From Octopus bimaculoides (Eukaryota), in the NCBI RefSeq assembly GCF_001194135.2, contig NC_068985.1:65507655-65541189 (forward strand): a DNA stretch of 33,535 bases, read 5' to 3'. How positions within the stretch are numbered: the stretch's first letter is position 1; each line of letters begins with the position of its first letter. The notes under the pieces are model-generated. The model was not told the DNA's origin and made no database searches. It was given only the letters and a program-made list of their open reading frames with translations. Shown piece by piece: positions 12,232-22,292 of the stretch. The translations under genes and the position numbers were made by a program.

Positions 12232-12568
12232 GATCACTGCCTGGAATTGAACTCGAAATCTTGGGGTTAGTAGCCCATGCTCTTAACCACTACGCCATAT
12301 GCCCGTGGGCTTATTGAAGTCTAATGTCGGCTCCGTACTGATTAGATATTAGTTCTATATTTAAGAGATGAGGAATTATGTACATTATTTACATTATTTA
12401 CATTTGACAGATATTTGTCCTCATCTTGTTTGTTGTTGGTGGTTAAGAGCGCGGGCTACTAACTCCAAGATTCTGAGTTCAATTCCAGGCAGTGACCTGA
12501 ATAATAACAATAATAACAACATCAAAAAATACCTTAGGAATGAGAACCCAGGTTGAAAACTTCCCCAA

Positions 12569-12612
12569 GGCACCTGATGAAGGCTGGAGGGTATATCAGC
12601 CGAAACGTGTTT
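12569..12612 (+). ncRNA. Minimal type I hammerhead motif, damaged at the cleavage site (SINE copy C)
   Basis: GGCAC CTGATGA A GGCTG GAGGGTATAT CAGCC GAAA CGT GTTT. Perfect stem II and ACGU palindrome, but a small deletion removes the NUH/stem I register. Confidence 0.65.
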
Positions 12613-13048
12613 ACAACAAACAAGATGAGAACAAATAGCCGTCAAATGTAAATAATGTATATTTCAACAATGTGGAAATTTTATTCATCAAAATAAGTAC
12701 CATTACAATCAACACATTTTTGCCAATGAGTTACAAGTTTGTTTATTCCAGTAACATAAAAATCTGGAGTTCTGGAGCTGATGAACTCTTTGAATGCATT
12801 TTCAGCATTGGTTTGATTTTTGAACTCCTTCTCTTGCAGGAAACCATCAAGGTGCTTGAAAAAATGGTAGTTGGTAGGAAAATGATCTAGAGAATAAGCT
12901 GGGTGGGAAGAACTTTGTAGCCAAGTTCCCTCAACTTCTGGAACATCATTAGTGAAATGTGTGGTCGAGATTTGTCATGAAGAATGATTGGTCCTCTTCT
13001 GTTGACCAATCTGGGACAGGGAGTAGCAGTTTTTCATTCATTTTGGCA

Positions 13049-13064
13049 NNNNNNNNNNNNNNNN
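13049..13064. other. Assembly gap (16 N)
   Basis: Run of N inside the mariner transposase. Confidence 1.
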
Positions 13065-13924
13065 AGTAGATGAGTCCAGCAGTACACCATCAAACAGTCA
13101 GCATAATCTTCTGTTTGAAGAGCTTGGATTTAAGGAGTGCTTCATTTTGGTCCAACCACTGAAGAACATTTTTTATTATTGTACAGAATCCACTCTTCAT
13201 TGCAAGTTACAATATGGTTGAGAAATGGGTCGGTCTGGTGACGGAGAAGAAGCGACGAGCAAATTTCATATCTGCGCATTTTCTAATTTTCATTCAAATC
13301 GTGTGGTACCCATTTGTTGAGTTTTTTGATTTTCTGATCACATGCAAATGGTTGCAGGTAGTTTCTGGCTAACTTGAAGTTCTTTTGCCAGTTCTTGAGT
13401 GGTTTTATGTGGATCTTTCTCAATGACATGGATTTTTAATTGACCATCATCAATGACAGATGAGTGTCCACTACGCTCATGATCTTCAAGGTTCAAGTAT
13501 CCATTGCAAAAATTGTTTAAACCATTTTTGAGCTGACCACTCACTGGTCATTTCCTCACCAAATGTTTCATTGATATTGCGAGCAGTTTTAGCTGCTTTA
13601 CGTGCTTTTATGATGTTGAATAGCAAAATTGCTTGAATATTGCACTTTGACAGTTCCATTTCAGTTGATTGTAGCAACAGTGAAAAAAATATCAATGATG
13701 CATTTGGGTAAGTCTATGTCTATATCATCAGACAATTGCAAAAAATATGTTTAAAAAAAAATTCAAAACTCTGCAAAAATCTGTTACAAATTCTTCATGG
13801 TTCAAAAGGTTACCTACTTTTTACTCAACCTGATATTATAAATGTGCCAAAACTCAAGTTCCTGTGGCTAGGTCTGAAAACACTGTAAAATCAACCATTT
13901 GTTACACAACAAAAAAAGGTCTTG

Positions 13925-14350
13925 GTTACTTGTCATTGCCTCCATGAAGCACCTCATCCCATGTCTTTCCTAGGTCTACCCCCCACCCCAGGTTCCCTCC
14001 GCAGAGATCAGCACTTCTTTACATAGCTGTCCTTGTCCATGCACATCACATGACCATACCAGCACAGTCGTCTCTCTTGCATACCACACCTGATGTCTCT
14101 TATGCCCAACTTTTCTCTCAAGATGCTCACACTCTCTCATATATGCACATCCAGTGAAGCATACTGGCTTCATTTCTTTCAAGCCTACACATGTCTTTGG
14201 CTGTTACAGCCCATGTTTCACTGTCATGTAGCATCGCTGTTCACACACAGGCATCATACAGTCTGCCTTTCACTCTCTGAACTTTGCCCAGCCAATTCAT
14301 ATTCTCACAGCTACTCTCTTGGAGCATCCACCTCCGCTACTAACTTGGTT
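13925..14350 (-). mobile_element. RTE-type LINE fragment (RT C-terminus)
   Basis: Collinear with 15850-16320 and, in reverse orientation, with 26340-26900. Confidence 0.85.
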
Positions 14351-14973
14351 AGATGATTATCAATTCAGTTTCAAAGATATGACATCACAAATATAGTTAC
14401 ATAATTCATTTAGGCAAGTTAGGAAAAATTTTGATTAATTCTTGACCATTCAAATTGTTTCCTAAAATATTCATCCAAATTTCACAAATGAAGTAGCAAA
14501 ATGTTTCTTTTTGGATGCTCTCCAAGAAAAAGTACAGTAGAAATTACATTTAAATATTTTCAAAAATTATAGTGATACCTAATCACAGTCACTATTGTTT
14601 TACCATTACTGTATCTACTATTTATTGTCAATATTGCTAGTTTTTAACCGTTGTTTTACTGGTATGATAGTTACTGTTTACTCTTAACCATTGCTAAAAT
14701 GTTACCATCATACTGACTGAAGTGTAATCTTAGTAACTATATGTCCATCCTGTCAATGTCAACAGTGTTGACACTTGTAACTTGAGGTTGAACTTCTCAC
14801 TTATTGATGACTGTATGACAATTGATCAAGATGTTGACATGTCTCTTTCTGTGGTGGTGGTGGGAAATATTAACAGAAATATGAAAAGTGGATTTGAAGA
14901 CCAAATCTTCAACAATGTAACAAGTTTATTTAAGTGATTTACTTTTTGTTATGTTTTTTTTCTCTTATTTCAG

Positions 14974-15066
14974 GGAAAGAATGTGTTCTTTGTAACCAAT
15001 AATAGTTCCAAATCTAGAAAAGATTATTGTATTAAATTCTCACAGTTAGGTTTTGAAGTGAAAGAG
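14974..15066 (+). CDS. PGP: Internal coding exon B of the PGP-like phosphatase
   Basis: Acceptor tttttttctcttatttcag|G, donor GAG|gtaagt. 93 nt, phase 0-0, GKNVFFVTNNSSKSRKDYCIKFSQLGFEVKE. Contains HAD-IIA motif II (FVTNN). Confidence 0.95.
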
Positions 15067-15334
15067 GTAAGTTGTTTTATTTTATTTTGATTTTTTTGGA
15101 AAGGTGAGCATATCAGATTAGATCTAAACATTTTGTGAACTAAGTACATGACATGATTTTAATTTTTAGTTATAACATTTTGTTTTCACTTTCACTCCTA
15201 GCACTCTTGGAAAAGTATACTTATTACATCTATTCATTTTCCCTATCTATTAGAAATATTTTCAAGTAGAGCAGTTATGCTTACAGCCTAGAAATTTTAC
15301 CACAAATCTCAAACTTTTCTGCTCGTCGTCGTCG

Positions 15335-15336
<2 letters not shown>

Positions 15337-15366
<30 letters not shown>

Positions 15367-17775
15367 TTCATCATCATCATCCTTTAATGTCCGTTGTCCA
15401 TGCTGGCATGGGTTGGACGGTTTGACCAGGCTGGCATGGGTAGGATGGTTTCACCGGGCTGGCACACTGGAAGGCTGCATCAGACTCTAGTTTGATTTGG
15501 CATGGTTTTCTATAGCCGGATGCCCTTCCTAATGCCAACCACTCCAAGAGTGTAATGGGTGCTTTTACATGCCACTGACATGGGTGCCAATTTGTGTGAC
15601 ACCGGTATCTGCCATGATTATGATTTTGCTTGGCTTTTTCTCAAGTATGACATAATGCCAAAGGTCTCAGTCGTTGCCTCTGTGAGGCCCAACACTTGAA
15701 AGGAACTCAGCCATTTTGCCTCTGTGAGGCCCAGTGCTTGAAGGGAACTCAGTCACTTTGCTTCTGTGAGGCCCAACGCTTGAAAGTATTCTTTATGTGT
15801 CATCAGCACAGGTGCACTTGGCTTGACAGGTCCTCTCAAGCACAGCACATCACCAAAGGTCTCGCTCACTAGTCATTGCCTTGTCCAATGTCTTCCTGTG
15901 TCTACCTCTACCATAGGTTCCCTCCACAGTTAGAGATCGGCACTTCTTCACACAGCTGTCCTTATCCATACACATCACATGACCATACCAGCACAGTTGT
16001 CTTTCTTGCACACCACATCTGATGCTTCTTATGCCTAACATTTCTCTCATTATGCTTACACTCTGTCGAACATGCCCACTGACATTGCACATCCAGTGAA
16101 GCATACTGGTTTCATTTCTTTCAAGCCTACGCATGTCCTTGGCTGTCACAACCCATGTTTCACTGCTATGCAGTATAGCTGTTCACACACAGGCATCAAA
16201 CAACCTGCCTTTCACTCTGAGAGAGAGGCCTTTGCTGCCAGCTCTGAACTTTGCCCAGCCTAATCTTATTCTCACAGCTATGCTCACAGAGCATCCACCT
16301 CCACTACTAATTTTGTCACCTACATAACAGAAGCTATCTGTTACTTCTAGCTTGCCTCCCTGGCAAGTTGATGGAGTCTATTTTCTGCACATTTTCAGCA
16401 CTTATTGTACCTATGCATCTTCCATATACAAAAGCTAGTTTCCCTGTTAACCTTCCTCTGATATTGCTGCACCTTTTATGTGTCCAAAGCTTACACGGGC
16501 TGCATCTTATGGAGTTTCTACCTATACCTTTTCTACAGATCAAGCAAGGTCATCTACCTAAAGGGATTTGGGGTTTGTTTGTCTTCCTACTTACTAAGAC
16601 TTTGGTTTTTGCTAGGTTAACTCTAAGGCTTTTTGATTCTAGACCTTGCTTCTATACCTGGAACTTCTCTAGTTCAGGTAGTGATTCAGCAATAAGAGCA
16701 AGGTCATCAGCATAGAGGACCTCTCAGGAGAAGCCTGTCTTGAATTCTTCTGTTATTGCCTGGAGGACTATGATGAACATTTAGCAAACCCCTACGTGCA
16801 CCCTGAATTATTCGCTGTACTTATTGTCAACCCTCACCTTACTGGTAGTGTCCCTGCACATAGCTTGTACAACTCACACCAACCATTTGTCTATCCCTAG
16901 TTACTGCATTGACCATAGATAAGAGATCAGGGGACCCCGTCAAAAGCTTTCTCTAAGTCAGCAAAAGCCAAGTACAGAGGTTTATCTTTGGCTATGTATT
17001 TCTCTTGCCACTGCCTTACCAGAAATATAGCATCAGAGGTGCTTCTACCTGGCACAAAACTGAACTGCATCTCATCTAAGCTCTCTCCCTAATTAGTTGG
17101 GTTATGACTCTCTCTGTAACCTTCATCACCTGATCCAGCAATTTGATACCTCTGTAATTATTTCTAAGGCATCACCTTTACCTTTGTAGCAGTTGACCAT
17201 GGTGCTGCTACACCAGTCATTGGATATGACTCCTTCGTGAACCACCTGATTTACAATACAGGTAACTAGACTGTAACCCACACCGCCAGATATTTTAAGC
17301 ATCTCAGTGGTGATTCCTGAAGGGCTAGGGGCTTTCCGTGTCTTCATATCTTTAATTGCTTTATCTACCATGGAACTGTCGATTCGGGTAGCCGGTCCCT
17401 CAATTGAGTCAATATTTGACAGGCTCTCCTCCTCCTACTCGTTCTCTATGTTCAGCAGTTTTTCATAATGGCATTTCCAAGCCTCTTTCTTTGCAGAATC
17501 ATTAAATGCAAGTGCACCATCATCTATATGGACACATTTCTCTCCTAAGACATCACAATTTTCTCTCACACACTGTCTTGCAATCCGAAACACTTCTGTT
17601 CTTTTGTCCTCACTTTGCTGAACATATGCAAACTTCTTCTTTTCTGCTTCTTCCTTGGCTAGATATACCTGTCTCCTAGCATCCCTTCTGGTAATCTGAT
17701 ACAGTTCCCTGCTACCCCCATTCTTCCAGGCCTGTTTCTTAGCTCTTATGGCCCTGTCTACTGCATGTTACTCTA
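15337..17775 (-). mobile_element. RTE-type LINE, 5'-truncated, with 3' UTR and (GAT)n tail
   Basis: Minus strand: KAPSPSGITTEMLKISG, VLYADDLALIAES (YADD at 16703-16714), CSPCKLWTHKRCSNI, RRLERNETSMLHWMCNV...RGRHRKT. The 3' end gtcaaaccgtccaacccatgccagcatgg is followed by the (GAT)n tail. Confidence 0.9.
15674..15786. repeat. 42-bp minisatellite (~2.7 units) in the RTE 3' UTR
   Basis: Units start TTGC(C/T)TCTGTGAGGCCC at 15674, 15716 and 15758. Confidence 0.9.
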
Positions 17776-18720
17776 AGTCTTGATGGGACTTCATTAAATA
17801 TGCTAAAAATTAAATTATCGACTTCCATGTAATTTTAGTTAGTGATTTGTTTTTGAAATTATGCTAATTGTTTACAGCAACTTTTGTACAATATTGTACA
17901 TCTGTAATAATGACTAACATAATAATGAATAACTATAATAATGAATAACTTAGCAAGTAATGCATTGCTAAATAGGTCTGAAACATGTCTGAAGATATTT
18001 TCCTTGCCAAAATGATTAAAATAATGTCATTGATCTAATGTCTTTTCCTCACCTACAAAATATTTTTTATTAGATTTTTAATGCTTGTTCTGTTTAAAAT
18101 ATGCTAATACACTAAATGCTGCATGCAAAAAAATTCTTCACTGAAATTCCCAGCTTACTTGGAATTAGGAAATAAAAGTCTTGCAGCAATTGTTATTGAC
18201 TCTAAAACAAAAAGGAAAAGAAAATCTATCAAGGTTAATTTACATTCCTTGAGGAAATTCTGATCCCTACTTACAGACAAGGGCAAATTATTGACATGTT
18301 TCAGTTTATTAGACCCCATAGTTTTCTATTTATAGTTCCCAGTGCCCTACTCATATACTCACCAACAATTCATTTGCCATGCATATTAACATTTATACAT
18401 TATCATAGGCTGTTTTTTAAATACCCTTCCTGCTAACATGTGTACCAAAATCTCTTTTGTTATATTCTGTGTAATGCAAATCAACTACTACTATATAAAC
18501 AAGTTTTTGAAGATTCAGCTCAATGGTTTTTGTTTATAAAATTTCCACTTAGATTTTGTAAAACTATAATTAAAAAAAAACTAGAATTCTGACTTAAAAG
18601 CTATATATCTGTACATCAGGGTTCTAAAATCTGAGAAATATATTGAATTTTACAAAGAAACAAGTGTAATATGAATAGAGCACATTTTCTTTTAACTGTT
18701 CAAATTTATGTTTTTTCTAG

Positions 18721-18858
18721 AGTGAAATCATCAGTACAGCTTACATTGCAGCATTGTACCTTCATGAACGCAACTTCAGAGGCAAAGTTTATCTTGTTGG
18801 CTCTAAAGGTATAGCTGACGAACTTGATAATTTTGGCATTCAGCATACAGAAGTTGGG
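18721..18858 (+). CDS. PGP: Internal coding exon C of the PGP-like phosphatase (start of cap domain)
   Basis: Acceptor ttttttctag|A, donor GGG|gtgagt. 138 nt, phase 0-0, SEIISTAYIAALYLHERNFRGKVYLVGSKGIADELDNFGIQHTEVG. This is the typical PGP/NagD-family segment after motif II. Confidence 0.95.
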
Positions 18859-21319
18859 GTGAGTATCTTGCAGTGAGATAGTGATGATAATAGTGGCTGG
18901 TAGGAAGATTTTATGCTACATCACCAACTGTTCACTGATAAGTGTTATTCTTATTGATGGTGATTCTGTTGTTTTCATTTAGCCCAGAAATAACATTTTT
19001 CAGTAGATCTATAATCAAAAGTGTTCCAGCTGTGGCTACCTTTTATTCAGACATAATATATTCTACTTCGTCTTTACAATGCAATATTGTATTTGTTTTT
19101 TTGTTTTTTTTTGTTTCATGTTTACATCGAGATCTTCCTTTATTTCTCAAAATAAGAAGTGATTTGAAAATAGACCATTGTTGTTTGTGAGATGAGAAAA
19201 AAATTTGAATGACTGAAAATTGTTGAAGAAACTGACTGATAGGAGTCATAACAAGAACACTTGTTCTTTGACTCCCATGTGTTTGTTAAACTGCACATAT
19301 AAATATAGGAGTAGAACATATTCACTTACAAAATATCGTTAACCCATAAAGAAATTCAAAGTTGTCTTCCTTTTACTGCCTTATTATTGTTCCTGCCAGT
19401 TAGTTGCCTTGCTACTCCTTAATTTTTCTCCCTTTCTGCATCCTCCTAGAGTAGGAGAACTCAAAGAGTCTAGGGAAATAGCTTCTCCTTGTCCCCCTCC
19501 TTTGCCTCTCTTTCAGTCATCATCATCATCATCATTGTTATCATCATGGCCACTTATCCATTGCTGGCATGGAAAAATGTGAGTTCAAGACAATTTTTAT
19601 TCAGAATCACTACCCTTCTAAGTAGGTTGGAGAACATGTCCTCCATTACTTCTTTTATCACCCTCCTGTATGAGGAAGAATGATAGAAGAGGGCCTAAGT
19701 GAAAGGAGTTAACAAGGCAAAAGAGAGAGTGGTAGAAGAATGAAGAGGTGATGAAAGAAGGTGTAGTGGAAGAGTGAGAGAGAGATAGAGGGAGCAATAG
19801 GAAATGAGTGATACATGTGGGAGTTGTGTCTTCTTGGGATTAGCCCTCTCAGAGGAAATTGTCTTCTAGGAAATACAAAGTTGCCCTCTGTGTTATATGT
19901 TTCTATCTTTTCACTACCATACACTAAAGGTGAACTTGCTTATATATAAGTTCATCTTTGAGCCTGCATCTTGTCATGGGCCTTTTAGCTTCCATCATAT
20001 TCTTTCACCATGTGATCTTGCATTACTGAGTTCACCTAGCGCTTTTCCTAAAGTTGCTAATCACTACTTTATGTTGTGTGGGACATTCTTCACTGTGGAA
20101 TATCTTACTGTTCACAACTAGCTGCCTGTCCCATTTTTGAGTGAGTATGTTGTCTATTTGACTTATATAACTACCAGATTGGTTGATGATCAGATAGTTG
20201 GTTGGTTTACTGAAGTTAGTGATGCAAATGTTTAAGATATCAGTGTTGCAGAACTAAAGGAACCTTGATAATTTATCTTTCTTTGTGCCATATCAATAGA
20301 TGCTGCATTCATACAAAGAAACCATCAAAATGTTTCCTAATATATCCATTAAAATTATTAACCATTATATGGAGATCTCCATTATTTGTAGTCAAGGTAG
20401 ACAACAAAAATAGTTCTAGAAGTATGTTTGTTCATCTTCTAATACTGATGTGTATGTCGAAATGAATGTTGCTGTCATGATGCATCTGACTAGTCTAAAC
20501 TTAATTATATTTTCTCACACTCTGACTGTCTCTGCTACTTTATCTGCCCATTTCTTTACACTAGAAGAATTTTTTTATCTGTATTCCTTGCTTATGAGGT
20601 GTCTGGTTGAGGCTTCTTTCCATTTAATCTTTTGTACACAGCACATTGCTATTTACCTCCACAATGTGACTGAAAGGCAGTATGACATAAAAAAAAATGT
20701 TTTACTGCCTTCTCTCATTCTTTTTTCATCTCTTCTTTGTTATGTACTTTCAATTGTTAATTCCTTTGTTAAAACTTCTGTTGTTTGTGCTATCTTAAAT
20801 CACATGATGCACAAGAATTATTAGTATCATTTCCCATCTCTGTAACATCTGCAGTTGTGTTTATATAGGTTAGGTTGTTAATATATTTCAATATTTCATT
20901 ACTAATGTATATATATATATCAATGGAAAAGAAATAATTTCTTCAGTCACATGTCTGAAGCAACAGTAAGTTTATCAATAGGGTTTTTTCAGTACATCCT
21001 CTAACATTTTTATGAAGCTTTTATACACTTTCAACTGCAGAGATTCTAAGTCAGCAATCTTTAGAAATAAAAACAGTTTTTTAAATAACAAAATGTATTC
21101 ATACACAATAATAAATCTCTGAGTGAGGTATAAACAGTGGCTGCACGACATCGTGAAGTATATTTGCCACCTAAATGTGGTTAACCGTTAAGGGTTGATG
21201 CTACTGTAGCTTGTAGCCTCAGGAAGACATCTCCTCCAGCTGGCTATTGACACACTTTCTGTGCCCTATCAGTATTTGCAAAGGGAAGTCATCCTTCCCA
21301 TCTCCAGCCTGACATGATA

Positions 21320-21364
21320 CACACAGACCCGAGTTTCTGGATATTGGCCCGTCATCAGCGTGTG
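21320..21364 (-). ncRNA. Minimal type I hammerhead motif (family 2)
   Basis: CACACG CTGATGA CGGG CCAATA TCCA GAAA CTCGGGTC TGTGTG. 6-bp stem I (CACACG/UGUGUG), GUC triplet, near-palindromic stem III ACUCGGGU. Stem II has a C.A mismatch at the closing position. Confidence 0.7.
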
Positions 21365-22292
21365 ACAACCACCAGCTGGCAATGTGAAGTGGTTCCCAAT
21401 GCAAATATATATACTTTTTCCAGGGACATTTACCATTCCACACCAATCAAATGGGTGGTGCTTGTGAACTGCTGCAACTTACCAAAGAAATAGATATATA
21501 GAGAAAAGGCAAGAAATTGAGAGACAGTATTGTGCATTGTTTTCATATCAATGCAGATGGTCATGAAGAAGAAGAAGAGAGAAAAGGAAGAAAAATAAGG
21601 GTATAATATTGTGTGTTGTTTTCAGTCCAGTGTAGGTAGACAGAAAGAAAACATAAATGAGAGAGCAAAAGAAAGAGAAACAAGAAAAAACGAGGCAAAA
21701 TACTTTAAAGTTGACTGGGGATTAAAACTCACCCCATCTTATATTTTTCTCTAATGATTAGACAGGACCATAAATGAAAAAGGAAGAAAAGTTTGTTTTG
21801 ATCTTATCAATTCTGGATTACTAATTTGGCACCATCTGAGATATTCTTTGCAACGAGCTTAGTACAATTAAGTATTTTATATAGTCTCCTGTTGCACTAT
21901 CAATCAAGGCTGCTTAAAGGGGTGTACTCGCTGTTCGTAGTTCCATGAGTTCATCTAGCATGTGTATATTTACAACAATTTACATCAAACATTATTTTTT
22001 TCATGTATATATCATTGAGATAATATATTGTACTTACATTATTATGTATATGAATTATGCCGGTATCCATGATAATTACAACCTGTTATGTCCATACCTG
22101 CTTGCAAGAAATGTTATTTCATATTTAGGATCTTTTTCGTTTGCATATGTTCACAAGGCCTTTCTAGCATTTGGTTTAAATGCTATCAATGATAGTTGGT
22201 GTTTGTTTCATTATGTTTTTTCAAGTTTCATGAATGATTTCTTAATTCTGTGTCAACACGATAATACCATTTCCAAATGTTTATTATGTTTT

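Larger units (their letters stand above)
12010..12657. mobile_element. Inverted composite of a tRNA-headed SINE-like unit with a hammerhead-bearing tail
   Basis: Copy A is on the minus strand (12010-12310), tail-only fragment B is on the minus strand (~12352-12437) and copy C is on the plus strand (12439-12657). The insert is flanked by the direct repeat TATATTTCAACAATG (11995-12009 and 12658-12672). The head has A box TGGCGTAGTGG and B box GAGTTCAATTCC. Confidence 0.8.
11944..13833 (-). mobile_element. Full-length but defective mariner with both TIRs and TA flanks
   Basis: TIRs TCAGACTGAGTAAAAAGTAAGCAAC (11944-11968) and the reverse complement at 13809-13833 match 21/25, with TA at 11942-43 and 13834-35. 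Transposase motifs on the minus strand: KAAKTARNINETFGE, WVPHDL, FLNHIVTCNEEWILYN, IILHDKSRPH, HPAYSLDHFPTNYHFFKHL. Contains an insertion (12010-12657) and an N gap. Confidence 0.92.

Noticed and set aside
12232-12310. Functional tRNA gene (loop CTACTAA)
   Set aside because: A and B boxes are present, but the acceptor and anticodon stems pair poorly, and the unit is repeated and fused to a repeat tail. It is a SINE head.
20947-20965. 19-nt micro/poison exon (ttcttcag|TCACATGTCTGAAGCAACA|gtaagt)
   Set aside because: Good donor but weak pyrimidine tract. It reads into TGA in phase 0 and has no PGP similarity. Such matches are expected by chance; only junction reads could rescue it.
22050-22190. 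Possible IS630/Tc1-like transposase remnant on the minus strand (KYEITFLASRYGHNRL*L)
   Set aside because: Similarity to the ...GHxVLRLPPYH motif is short and breaks down. No TIRs or other motifs were found; it needs an HMM search.
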